A stretch of DNA of 64,000 bases from Patescibacteria group bacterium (GTDB taxonomy: Bacteria > Patescibacteriota > Patescibacteriia > 2-01-FULL-39-33), in contig JBAZRV010000001.1 of NCBI GenBank assembly GCA_041662745.1, positions 384-64,383 on the forward strand, given 5' to 3'. Numbering within the stretch: the stretch's first letter is position 1; the number at the start of each line of letters is the position of its first letter. The translations under genes and the position numbers were made by a program. The notes beneath the pieces were generated by a model. It made no database searches and was not told where the DNA came from. It saw only the letters and a list, made by a program, of their open reading frames with translations. Shown in pieces: positions 1 to 9,830 of this stretch.

Positions 1-3000
1 GTTTTCTATAACAATCGGATCGGTAAAATTGTTATGGCCGGGACAAGATCCCTGATTGCCGGTAGTTAATTCTACGCTGGCAATACGGAAATAACCCTTA
101 TCAGAGGGGGCAAACAAAGCGTCTTGATAGGTCCGCCAATCGGTCTCCTTTTGCGCCGTAGAAGTTGCTTTTGACCTGACAAAATCATTAACAATGGAAT
201 AATTGGCCGTTCCCTGGCTCCAAACACCGCTGGCTTGTTCCTCTTCGCGCCAACTCCAATTATAAGTGTCGGCATTAAGAATGATACAAACATTGTCTTC
301 GCTGACAACATCGGATTTGTGTGGCTGTTTCTGACCGTAATATCGGCTGATAAACTTTTGCGGCGAGCAATGCACGCAACCGACGCGACAATATTTGTCA
401 TTATCGCTTTGGCTGCGGGTATGGAAATTCCAACAGAAGGCGGCGTTGGGGAATTTCGCCGGATCATCGCAACCTGACGATTGCAACGCCTGCCCGTCAG
501 CATATAGAGGGAATCCCTCATAACTGATAACTCCGCTGGTAAGCACTATTTTATAATCAGCATCAGCTTCCAGGGACTGGGGCATAAATTCAAAATAATC
601 AAACAAGTCAGGACTGCCAAAATCACGACTGGCATAAGGACTAAAAGAACCGTTAGGCACTACCGCTTGCCACTCCCCGGCGCCATCCTTTTTATAAATT
701 TTCAAGTTCTTCCAACCCGGTGTCACTAAATCTATTCCGGTTAACGATTGCACATTCATGGGTCGATTGAATCTGGCTGAAATGGCGGCATTTAAACAAG
801 CATCGGAATTAGTCACTCCCGGGATAACCGTCGTCCATCTGTCTGATGGCGTCGGCGAAGGCAGGTTATCCTCATCTTTGCAAGTTTGGCTACGGGAACA
901 GTCCACTACGACATAAAACTTCTTCGGTCCCAATTCATGAGTAGCCAAAAACGTCCAAGAATATAATGATAATGAAGCTTGTTGTCCTGTCGGATAACAA
1001 ACTTGATTAGGCAGCGGCTCACAACCGCCCCAATGGCCGTTAGCTTGGCAAATACGCTGCTGTTGGCAGTTACCCAAGGCCGGACAACTCTTTAAATCAA
1101 CTTGGTTGGGCGTACATAATTGGGCCTTTGGTACGCAAGTGCAAGCATCGTGAGCAAGCGAAATCTCATTGATCACTAAATGATCAGTGGAAGACGATTT
1201 TCCAACCGCGTTCTGTTGGCCCACCGAGGAATTAGAAAAATAAATAAAGTCATTAGCCGAACCGGTGTCTAAACCATCAATTTTTCTTCCCCAAGAACCA
1301 GGTGAAAAAGCCACCGTCGAAGAACTGTAAGCAACCACATCGGCAATTTCATCGCTTACCCCCCTAACGAAAGCAATGGTGCCTTGATTTTTGCTAAGCT
1401 TAAAATTATTGCTGGGGTTGAGTGTTGAAGTGCTAATAATAAAATAATCACCGGCCTTCAAAGTAACGCTTTCCGGTATGTAGTAGGTTACGGCACTGTT
1501 ATCATTCAATAAATCATTAATACTCTCCTGTTTGCCGGAATAAATAATACGCCAATTGTCTAAGTTAATATCGGAAATTGTGGGATTATAAATTTCCACC
1601 CATTCCTCGTCTGACCTTACGGTATCGCAACCCAAATCACTGCCGCAATTTTGCGGGTCACAAGTGCCATCATGCCATAAATCAGACAAGCAGCGACGGC
1701 CGGATTGCGGAGCAAGCGAAGCCAAGAATGACCAAGAATACAACCCCAACGAGGCCGGAGTAACACCCAAATAAGAAACGCAATTGGGATCATCTTTAAC
1801 GCAAGCTCCCCAAGTATTATCTACTCGGCAAGTTTTCTTGCCCAGACAACCGCCCAAATCGCAACCGGTAACGGCATTCTGTGTCGGATCGGAGCTATAA
1901 ACACATTCCTGGTCGATTGGTTTTTGGCAAGTACAGTTTTTATCCATATCGCAATCGGAGCGATAAAACCATTTACCGACATCTTCTGTTTTATTACTGC
2001 ACCCCTGGCAAGCCAGATTATTTTTACAATCGTTACTTGAGGCCAAGCAAACCGCAGGATCGTTGCTGACACTTGCACCGCACGGATCACCTTCTGATCC
2101 ATTACCGATATTAAATAAAATCGAATTGCTATAACCATTATTATAAACTCTGACCGCTGATTTTCCGCGTTTATTCTCCGGCACCACATCTTTGGCTGAA
2201 GTGTTAGTCCAGGAGGTGGCGGCAGTGGAAGTTATACCGACTAAATTACTAAAATTGGTACCGGTATCCCTTAAATACCAAATCACTTTTCCCGTGCCAT
2301 CAGCAGCAAAACCGCGACCCGTCAAATCGACGGATGTCGGGAAAAGCCCGCTGGTCGGATCAATTGAGCACAGACCTGGCAATTCAATATTATTAGCCAA
2401 GAACGGCCGAGAATTACTGGTTAGGGGTATTAACGGCTTGGTTTTGTTGACAACTTCAATGTCATAATTGGCCGGCAAATCATTAATTGAATCCAACCCT
2501 GCCGGCACTTCAACTATAATTTTGTTATCCTGCCACGCCGTGGCGCAATCAGCCAACTTAGCTAAAGTAATAACACCATCGCTTTTAGCGATAAACCTGA
2601 CTTCGCCTACGACTTGGCCGAAACCGCTGCCATAAATAGTCAAATAATTGCCGACAGCGCCATAACCGACATCATCAGCCAAAGAATTAATATCATTCAA
2701 ATCACTATCATTGTTAAGATCAAAAGACGGATCAAGCCAGTTAATCGCCGGATCGCCGACACAATAACAATTAGTACCGCAATAATTAGTGCAGTTAGAA
2801 TCAGCGCAGGTTAGATCGTCAGGACGGGTGCAAGAAAAACCTGGGCAGTTCTGGGTACAACCGCCACCGCAATCAACGCCCTGCTCGTCTGCATCCTTAA
2901 AGCCATTAAAACAATGGGCGGGAGAAAATTTAACTTGCACCTTATTAGAATAATAAGATTTATCATTAGCAAAAGACCTTAAAGTGGTGGAAGTTAGGTT

Positions 3001-3846
3001 TTGATATTCAGTTGAAGAAGTATCCCAAGGAAAGGTGGTGGAGGCAGCATTGTATTGCCGGCCATTTATGATAACCGTTTGCGAATTAACATCAGTTGCG
3101 CCAACCTGAACTTCAGTTGAGCCATTCAAATCAAATAAAGATAAATCATTAACCGTATCTTCAGAATTATAAGAATATACCTTTACTTGCAGGGTGGGGC
3201 TTTGGGGAATTTGCACGCTACCGGAAAAACCGATTGAGCATTCGCGACTGCGACGTTGCGGCAACCAATTAGGAAAGGCGGGATCGGAAAACTCACAAAT
3301 TGTCGCTCTCTTTTTGGTAGCATCAAATAAACAATCAACGCCGATACAACTCGGCACACAGGTTGAATCGGTTTGGGCGCAACTGCCCCAAATTTCATCG
3401 TCACCGCAGACTTGCTCTCCACCACAACCGCCGATAGTGCAGGATCTGACATCATCAGGAGTACACGTTTGTCCTTGCGGATTAAACCAATACATTAAGA
3501 AAGTAGTAACGGCAAAAGCGGAAAAAATGATCACTAAACCAATAATGGCATTATAAATGGTTCTCTTAGCCTTATTGACCTTATCTGGATCGCCGCCGGC
3601 CGTCATCCAAGTAAAACCACCATAAATAATCAGCAACACCACGACTACTCCGAGCAAACCGAAAAGTATTTGCAAAATCCGCCCGATAATCATGCCTAAG
3701 CTGGCAGTGCCGAAAACTCCCGACAAGCTTTCCAGTGTCGGAGCAGCCGGCGCCTGCGCCAAAACAAAATTACCAACAGCAAAAACCGCTGCCCAAACAA
3801 GCAGAGACAAAAATATTTTTAATTTTACTTTACGTTTTGAAGGCAT
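1..3846 (-). CDS. Giant secreted/cell-surface protein, N-terminus complete, C-terminus cut by window edge (>1280 aa). Signal peptide + two-helix VirB2/TrbC-like (T4SS-pilin-like) module (motif WMTAGGDPDKVNKAK) + Cys-rich ectodomain with a lamin-tail-like segment (EWVEIYNP...LDNW)
   Basis: Manual minus-strand translation from ATG at 3846 runs without a stop to position 1. Spot-checked blocks at 1-60, 421-540, 1201-1320, 2101-2160, 3001-3060 and 3541-3600 are all in the same frame. The first ~110 aa are a near copy of the N-terminus of the downstream 1105-aa paralog. Not in the ORF track because the stop lies outside the window. Confidence 0.6.
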   Translation of the reverse strand, partial: MPSKRKVKLKIFLSLLVWAAVFAVGNFVLAQAPAAPTLESLSGVFGTASLGMIIGRILQILFGLLGVVVVLLIIYGGFTWMTAGGDPDKVNKAKRTIYNAIIGLVIIFSAFAVTTFLMYWFNPQGQTCTPDDVRSCTIGGCGGEQVCGDDEIWGSCAQTDSTCVPSCIGVDCLFDATKKRATICEFSDPAFPNWLPQRRSRECSIGFSGSVQIPQSPTLQVKVYSYNSEDTVNDLSLFDLNGSTEVQVGATDVNSQTVIINGRQYNAASTTFPWDTSSTEYQNLTSTTLRSFANDKSYYSNKVQVKFSPAHCFNGFKDADEQGVDCGGGCTQNCPGFSCTRPDDLTCADSNCTNYCGTNCYCVGDPAINWLDPSFDLNNDSDLNDINSLADDVGYGAVGNYLTIYGSGFGQVVGEVRFIAKSDGVITLAKLADCATAWQDNKIIVEVPAGLDSINDLPANYDIEVVNKTKPLIPLTSNSRPFLANNIELPGLCSIDPTSGLFPTSVDLTGRGFAADGTGKVIWYLRDTGTNFSNLVGITSTAATSWTNTSAKDVVPENKRGKSAVRVYNNGYSNSILFNIGNGSEGDPCGASVSNDPAVCLASSNDCKNNLACQGCSNKTEDVGKWFYRSDCDMDKNCTCQKPIDQECVYSSDPTQNAVTGCDLGGCLGKKTCRVDNTWGACVKDDPNCVSYLGVTPASLGLYSWSFLASLAPQSGRRCLSDLWHDGTCDPQNCGSDLGCDTVRSDEEWVEIYNPTISDINLDNWRIIYSGKQESINDLLNDNSAVTYYIPESVTLKAGDYFIISTSTLNPSNNFKLSKNQGTIAFVRGVSDEIADVVAYSSSTVAFSPGSWGRKIDGLDTGSANDFIYFSNSSVGQQNAVGKSSSTDHLVINEISLAHDACTCVPKAQLCTPNQVDLKSCPALGNCQQQRICQANGHWGGCEPLPNQVCYPTGQQASLSLYSWTFLATHELGPKKFYVVVDCSRSQTCKDEDNLPSPTPSDRWTTVIPGVTNSDACLNAAISARFNRPMNVQSLTGIDLVTPGWKNLKIYKKDGAGEWQAVVPNGSFSPYASRDFGSPDLFDYFEFMPQSLEADADYKIVLTSGVISYEGFPLYADGQALQSSGCDDPAKFPNAAFCWNFHTRSQSDNDKYCRVGCVHCSPQKFISRYYGQKQPHKSDVVSEDNVCIILNADTYNWSWREEEQASGVWSQGTANYSIVNDFVRSKATSTAQKETDWRTYQDALFAPSDKGYFRIASVELTTGNQGSCPGHNNFTDPIVIEN

Positions 3847-3866
3847 GATCGCCTATTAACTTAATT

Positions 3867-6800
3867 TTAATTACAGCCGGCGCCGTCGCAACACTTGCCC
3901 AAACAGCACTTAGTAACTCCGCTGGCGTCAGCTATGGGGAAATCCTTAGTTATTACCCAACTGCCATATTTAAATTGAGTCGTATCAATGGAAGTGGCAA
4001 TCGGTTCCATGCAAGTCTTGGTACAATTCGGTCTAGCGCCGACGATATCCTTACAATTCATATAGCCGAAGGAAACGGGATTAACCTTATTAACCGGAGA
4101 GGGCGTAATTAAACCCAAATCAGTAACGCAACCAGCGGTATTATATTCATCATTGATTTTATAACGGCATTTATTGAATTCAATATTAGCCTGATAGCCC
4201 CAACCTGATGGCAACGTTGCTGGATCAGCTGCCGCGTTCTGCGGACCGGCGCCCGGCAAGTAACAATTCTGCGTAATTGATTCTAAACCTGAACCGGCAC
4301 CGGGCGCATAAGTTACCGCCTGATCGTAAGGATTATGATTAAGTAGGGCCGCGCTATAATCAATCAGGCCGTCACCCGAACCCTGACCGTAAACATCGCC
4401 TTCATCTAAATTTTTTACGCTGGCCCAATAACCGACGGGATTAGCGTTTTGCGTCACTGTATTTAACATTAGGAAGCGGATATAAAAATCCCTGTCCGCC
4501 AAGCCCTCGCCATAACCGAATCCCGGCTTTAAGGTTACGGGATTCATTAAACGATCGAAAGAAAAAACAATGGGATCGCCAAAAGTTTCATTAATATCCT
4601 GCCCCCAACGTTGATCACCCTTCGGCTGAATAGAAAATAACAATGGCGCCTTGTCGTCAATAACTGTTGAAACGAAAAATGACCAGGAAAAATCATCACC
4701 TTGAGCCGAATTAGTATTATAAGTCGGTTTTTCAATGCCATTATCAATGGTAAAAGTATCGTTTACCAGGTAGGGATTAGCCAAGCCGGAGTAACCATAA
4801 AGCGTACCGGTGACGACTCGCCCCGTATGGCCTTCGGCTATGCCCACTATTTTACCCTTATCATCGGTTGCGCTGGTATAGTTGCCATTTAAGGAGTTAC
4901 CGGCCATATCCATGATACCGACAGTGCTTTCTAAGGCAGCCTTCGGATAATAAACGCCATTCTTCTGACAGCGATCATAAGCGTCGCCGTCACATTGGCC
5001 GCCCCAACGCTTGCACCAGCTATTATCACTATCATCTATACCCCCACCTTTGCACGATTGCAAAACAGCCGCAGAAATTACCACCCTGAACGGCTCTGAC
5101 TTAGCAGCCGCTCCAGTCGAAGGGTCAATCCAGCAATATCTTTCTTTGCCGCAAGCATTTTTGCCGCAAGCGTAAATACCGGTCATCTGTACTGTTTTGT
5201 ATTGATTGGAAATTTCATATTTTATCCTATCTGCCGCGATATCGGTCCAAACATCACCGATCTTATTTTGAACCTTAATGGTATTAGACAGACTCAGCGG
5301 GTTAACCGCTTTGTTAAAAGTAACGAAAAAAACGGAATTATTATAAGGATCCGGCGCCGCTCCTTGCGGAGTCTTAAGTTGAGCCTTATCTTTTCCGGAT
5401 AAATCGCCAACAACCGTCATGGTGTTATCAATCGCCGATTTATCAATGCTCAAAGTATTAGCTCCCGCTCCCTTGGGTTCAATAATCAAATATCTAAACA
5501 AACCGATTGATGCGATAGAGACATTCACCGAATTCCTGGCTTCGGAGCTGATAATAGCACTACGCAAATTTTCCAACGTGTCGCTAACATTGGCCGACTT
5601 GATTACGGCGATGTAATTGACAGTTACCGGCTGACCGTCAGCTCCGACTTGGGTTTTAGCGATATTGGCATCGTTAATATAAGCATCGGAAGCAAAAATA
5701 AAATTAATTTTACTGGTGCTGTTATTAATAGTATAAGTATCGCCGGTAACGGCTGTTTCGGCAGTGAACCTCCATTGGCTGCCCCGAGGGAACGTGCCAC
5801 CCTCAGCGGCGATAGTTAAACCATTGCCCAAATCAAAACTTACGCCGTTTACTATAGTAAAAGGTTTACCGCTGAGCGGAGCCGGGGAATCGGCAGAAAA
5901 TACAGCCGTTCTGCCGTCGCTGGAAACAGTAAAATTAGCAGTGCCCGCGCCGAGCTCAAAACCGCTTTGCGCGCTGACATAAGCCTTAAAGCCGGCAGGA
6001 ATATTACCGCCGGAATTAATCAATTCCTTTCTCAGCGGCCGGCCCAAAAAATACTCGCCCTGCAGTTTGATTGGTTTCTCCGCCTTCAGATCAACCAAAG
6101 ATTGAATCGTAGTGGTTGACCGTCCTAACGTAGACTGGGAAGATGCTGAATATAAATCAGGAAGGGTATCGGGGTAGGGATAAACCTCATACTTTACGAT
6201 CTGCGGCGGATCCAAGTCCATTTTGCCGTTGGTTTTGAAGGACCAAGCAAAATAATCCATTTTCCATAACTTAAAGATTGATTCGCCGGTGGAAGAGGCA
6301 ATGATGCCGTTCTTTAAAGTTACCATGAACTCTCGATTGGCGTTATCCTCTTTGCCTAAAAATGATTTAGTCATGAAAACAAAGGTTTTGGCATTGCCCG
6401 GAGTTTGAGTAACGGTTGTATTGGCACCAGCAAAAACCTGAGCAGTGAAATCGCCTGTTCCTAAGCATTTACGCGGAGTGGAGGCCGTATCAGCTTCACA
6501 AATTTCAATATTATTGCTAGCGCTATTAGAACAATAACCCTCGGCATTGGGGACGCAAATACTATCCGATTTAATATTTGATTTAAAAGTTACGACAATT
6601 CTGGTGTCAATTGACACATCCGCCTGATTAGGCGCAGGATAAACGCTTTCAATCGGCCCATTGCCGATGCCGCCTCGCCCCCAATCATCCGGTCCGCCCG
6701 GTATGCCTCCGCCTCCGCCCGCGCCGCCGCCTCTTGGACCGAACAATCCCATCAGCCAAGTAGTAATGGCAAAGGCCGCGAAAATGATTATTAAACCGAT

Positions 6801-7184
6801 AATAGCGTTATAAATGATTTTTTTGGCTTTATTGACTTTGTCCGGATCTCCGCCGGCCGTCATCCAAATAAAACCGCCATAAATAATAAGTAATAGTACG
6901 ATTACGCCCAATAAACCAAAAATAACCTGCAAAACCCGGCCAATATAAGTAGTAAGCGAGGTTTCGGTAGCGATTCCGGCAGCTTGTCCGACAGCCTGCA
7001 AATTAGCGTCTTGCGCTAAGACCGAGCTGGCGAAAAGAAAACCGAAAAAAGAAATAAAAAACACCAAAATAAGCGCCAACGCTCGTTTGGTGTTTCCAGT
7101 CACGATCAAAAACGACTTTAAATTCCCGCCCCGGGCGGAATTTGATCGCGAGAACTTTTGCATAGGGACAAAAGCTTTTGACAT
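3867..7184 (-). CDS. Giant secreted/cell-surface protein (1105 aa), paralog of the upstream gene. Same N-terminal signal peptide + VirB2/TrbC-like two-helix pilin module, Gly-rich linker, large Cys-rich ectodomain
   Basis: ORF track 1105 aa. N-terminus ...VLQVIFGLLGVIVLLLIIYGGFIWMTAGGDPDKVNKAKKIIYNAIIGLIIIFAAFAITTWLM matches the upstream paralog at protein level and about 80% at DNA level (3540-3660 vs 6780-6900). Many paired Cys, C-terminus ...KCCLGKCCDGAGCN. Confidence 0.7.
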   Translation of the reverse strand: MSKAFVPMQKFSRSNSARGGNLKSFLIVTGNTKRALALILVFFISFFGFLFASSVLAQDANLQAVGQAAGIATETSLTTYIGRVLQVIFGLLGVIVLLLIIYGGFIWMTAGGDPDKVNKAKKIIYNAIIGLIIIFAAFAITTWLMGLFGPRGGGAGGGGGIPGGPDDWGRGGIGNGPIESVYPAPNQADVSIDTRIVVTFKSNIKSDSICVPNAEGYCSNSASNNIEICEADTASTPRKCLGTGDFTAQVFAGANTTVTQTPGNAKTFVFMTKSFLGKEDNANREFMVTLKNGIIASSTGESIFKLWKMDYFAWSFKTNGKMDLDPPQIVKYEVYPYPDTLPDLYSASSQSTLGRSTTTIQSLVDLKAEKPIKLQGEYFLGRPLRKELINSGGNIPAGFKAYVSAQSGFELGAGTANFTVSSDGRTAVFSADSPAPLSGKPFTIVNGVSFDLGNGLTIAAEGGTFPRGSQWRFTAETAVTGDTYTINNSTSKINFIFASDAYINDANIAKTQVGADGQPVTVNYIAVIKSANVSDTLENLRSAIISSEARNSVNVSIASIGLFRYLIIEPKGAGANTLSIDKSAIDNTMTVVGDLSGKDKAQLKTPQGAAPDPYNNSVFFVTFNKAVNPLSLSNTIKVQNKIGDVWTDIAADRIKYEISNQYKTVQMTGIYACGKNACGKERYCWIDPSTGAAAKSEPFRVVISAAVLQSCKGGGIDDSDNSWCKRWGGQCDGDAYDRCQKNGVYYPKAALESTVGIMDMAGNSLNGNYTSATDDKGKIVGIAEGHTGRVVTGTLYGYSGLANPYLVNDTFTIDNGIEKPTYNTNSAQGDDFSWSFFVSTVIDDKAPLLFSIQPKGDQRWGQDINETFGDPIVFSFDRLMNPVTLKPGFGYGEGLADRDFYIRFLMLNTVTQNANPVGYWASVKNLDEGDVYGQGSGDGLIDYSAALLNHNPYDQAVTYAPGAGSGLESITQNCYLPGAGPQNAAADPATLPSGWGYQANIEFNKCRYKINDEYNTAGCVTDLGLITPSPVNKVNPVSFGYMNCKDIVGARPNCTKTCMEPIATSIDTTQFKYGSWVITKDFPIADASGVTKCCLGKCCDGAGCN

Positions 7185-7321
7185 AATTGCTATTTATACT
7201 CGGACTAAGTCCGATTATTTATCACCTTCCAAATGATTAATCCTATAAAATGAAAAACCCGTTAAAATACAAAATAAAATCTAACGATTGCCTTACTTTT
7301 GATTTTAATAATCCGGTTTGA

Positions 7322-7777
7322 CTATTTGCTTATTTCTTCCTTAACAATCTTACTCACCATAGTGCCGTCGGCGGCGCCCTTAGCGGCGGCCATGACCAAT
7401 CCCATAATCTTGCCAAAACCGGCCATACCCAAGTTACCCTGCTCAGCCATAATCTTAACCACCAGTTCCCTAACCTGTTCTTCGGTCATTTGTTCCGGTA
7501 AAAACTTAGAGATTAAATCAATTTCCGCCTGTTCTTTAGCTGCCAGCTCTTCACGGTTGGCCTGCCTATAAGAAGCAATGGAATCCTGGCGTTTCTTCAC
7601 TTCTGACTTTAAAACCGCCAAAACATCTTCATCGGAAAGCAACTCTTCCTTAGGCATCAGTTTTTCTATCTTTTTATTGGCGATAGCGGACTTAAGCAAA
7701 CGCAAGGTGGAAACAGCGGCTTCGTCTTTGGCCTTGTAGGCAATCATGAACGCTTCGCTAATTTGTTGATCTAACAT
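7322..7777 (-). CDS. GatB/YqeY domain protein
   Basis: 151 aa, Ala/Glu/Lys-rich helical protein with GatB_YqeY-like pattern (…LKSAIANKKIEK…EELAAKEQAEIDLISKFLP…). Confidence 0.7.
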   Translation of the reverse strand: MLDQQISEAFMIAYKAKDEAAVSTLRLLKSAIANKKIEKLMPKEELLSDEDVLAVLKSEVKKRQDSIASYRQANREELAAKEQAEIDLISKFLPEQMTEEQVRELVVKIMAEQGNLGMAGFGKIMGLVMAAAKGAADGTMVSKIVKEEISK

Positions 7778-7928
7778 ATATTAGTCCTTAGATCTATAAA
7801 GTTTAAAACCTATAAATTTAAAAATTATCGGTTTGGGACTTTACTGATTTTAACTTATAAATAAGTTCCTTCACGCTCCTTCCAACCTGAATTAAACAGA
7901 TTGGAAAGCAGCCTAAAGGCCTTATAAA

Positions 7929-8174
7929 TTATCTCTTATATCCGCCACGAGTCGGTTCTTCCACTAATTTGCCTATTTTTTTCAAATATTCGCGTTTGAC
8001 GGTAATTTCTTCTCGGCGGGCAGCGGCTGATCTGACGGCGGTTTTGTTCTTTTTCGGCTTATGGAAACGAATTTTCTTAGCTTGCAAAATTCGGCCGCTC
8101 TGCTGAACTTTTTTGGAAAACCTGCGCACTAACGCCTCAAAGCTCTCACCTTTCTTTCTTTTTACTTCTGCCAC
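7929..8174 (-). CDS. rpsU: 30S ribosomal protein S21
   Basis: 81 aa, very basic, ESFEALVRRFSKKVQQSGRILQAKKIRFHKPKKNK, typical of bS21. Confidence 0.8.
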   Translation of the reverse strand: MAEVKRKKGESFEALVRRFSKKVQQSGRILQAKKIRFHKPKKNKTAVRSAAARREEITVKREYLKKIGKLVEEPTRGGYKR

Positions 8175-8275
8175 AATTGTTCACCTCTCTTTCTTTTGAT
8201 TAATTATTATATAAAAGTTGAAAGCTCAAAATGAAAATCTTCATTCGCGCTTTTCAATTTTTGATTTATCATGCT

Positions 8276-9781
8276 TTAATAATCATCTCCGCCAGAATCT
8301 GGCGCACTCTCTTCAACAATAGCTTCTGCCGGTTCGTCCATCGCGTTTAAATCATTCTCCGCTTCTCTTTCGCCATAATCATGTTTGAAACGCTTATGGG
8401 ATAAAGCGGCCTTGGTTTCTTCCGTGTCTATTACCGCTACTCCCTCATCACTGTTATATCTCTCCAGCCGCTTAGTCAATTCAGTTTCAATCTTATTAAA
8501 ATCAACAATCTCTTGCACGCCGCCATTCATATCACGAAACATGATTGTGCCGTCACTGACTTCTTTCTGCCCCAAAATCAAACAATATTTAACTTTTAAT
8601 CTGCCGGCCTGCTCCAGTTGCGCCTTCAAACCGTCCTTATAAAAAGCTTGGGACAATTTGAATTTATGACGCAATGCCTCGTATAAAACAATGGCTTTTT
8701 TCTTAGCGCTTTCGCCTAACTGGGCGATAAACACGTCGGGCTGGTAAGGTTCAGCCACATCCGGATTTTTTTCCCGCAATTTTGCTATTACGCGATCCAT
8801 ACCGATAGACAAGCCGCAAGCCGGAGTATTCTCTCGTCCGCCCATTAATTCTATCAAACCGTCATAACGCCCGCCACCCCCCAAGGCATTTTTACCGTCC
8901 GGATCATCAACCGACCAATATTCAAAAATCGTTCGATTGTAATAATCCAAACCGCGTACAATCCAAGGATTGAGAACGTAGGGCAAATCAAGCTCGTCCA
9001 AATACTCCAAAACTTTCATGAAATGTTTTTTGCATTCGTCATCCAAATAATCTAAAATTTGAGGCACGCCAGCCCTAAGTTCTTGGCAACCGGGATCTTT
9101 GCAATCAAGCAACCGCAAGGGATTCTTGGTTAAACGCGCTTCGCAACTCTCACATAAATTCTTGGCGTGCTGACGATAGTATTTTACCAAAGCCTTTTTA
9201 TACTCTTCACGGCAAGCGGGACAGCCGATGGAATTAACTTGAATAGTCGCTTCTATGCCTAAATCATTAAGCAGATTATAGCCCATCAAAATCAGTTGGG
9301 AATCCAAAGCCGGACCATCTTCTCCGATTGCCTCATAACCGGCCTGATAAAACTGACGGAAACGTCCTGATTGCGGTTTCTCATGGCGAAACATCGGACC
9401 GTAATAAAAAAACTTTACCGGTTGAGGTTGATTCAATAAGCCATGTTGGATAAAAGCGCGCGCCACACTGGCCGTACCTTCTGGACGCAATACCAAATTG
9501 TCTCCGCCCTGATCAATAAAGGAAAACATTTCCTTTTCTACGATATCGGTCTGCTTGCCAATACCCCTGGCAAAAACGTCGGTGTACTCTAAAATCGGCG
9601 TTTCAATTTTGCCATAACCGTAATCGTTGGCGATTTTAGTGGCAACATTCTCCGCTAATTGCCAATATTTTTGATCCTGCGGCAAAACATCACGCATGCC
9701 GGTAACCGTGATAAATTCACGACCCCGTTTTTTTCTGGGTTTATCAACTGATTCTTTATCTGTTTTTTTAATTCTGGACAT
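8276..9781 (-). CDS. hisS: Histidyl-tRNA synthetase with internal Zn-ribbon insertion and acidic C-terminal tail
   Basis: Class II HisRS motifs (RGMRDVLP, LRPEGTASVARA, GGGGRYDGL). Insert CPACREEYKK…CESCEARL…CKDPGC. Acidic tail …DEPAEAIVEESAPDSGGDDY. Confidence 0.9.
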   Translation of the reverse strand: MSRIKKTDKESVDKPRKKRGREFITVTGMRDVLPQDQKYWQLAENVATKIANDYGYGKIETPILEYTDVFARGIGKQTDIVEKEMFSFIDQGGDNLVLRPEGTASVARAFIQHGLLNQPQPVKFFYYGPMFRHEKPQSGRFRQFYQAGYEAIGEDGPALDSQLILMGYNLLNDLGIEATIQVNSIGCPACREEYKKALVKYYRQHAKNLCESCEARLTKNPLRLLDCKDPGCQELRAGVPQILDYLDDECKKHFMKVLEYLDELDLPYVLNPWIVRGLDYYNRTIFEYWSVDDPDGKNALGGGGRYDGLIELMGGRENTPACGLSIGMDRVIAKLREKNPDVAEPYQPDVFIAQLGESAKKKAIVLYEALRHKFKLSQAFYKDGLKAQLEQAGRLKVKYCLILGQKEVSDGTIMFRDMNGGVQEIVDFNKIETELTKRLERYNSDEGVAVIDTEETKAALSHKRFKHDYGEREAENDLNAMDEPAEAIVEESAPDSGGDDY

Positions 9782-9830
9782 AATTTAAAAATTTTCAATT
9801 ACCGATTAACACTCAAAATAAAATTTCATT

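Noticed and set aside
72-3556. Track ORFs 72..521(-), 235..477(+), 1578..1763(+), 1821..2189(-), 1881..2069(+), 2192..2467(+), 2614..2814(+), 3183..3455(-), 3194..3556(+)
   Set aside because: All lie inside, but out of frame with or antisense to, the continuous >1280-codon minus-strand ORF that starts at 3846 and runs off the window edge. Their low-complexity translations look like shadow ORFs.
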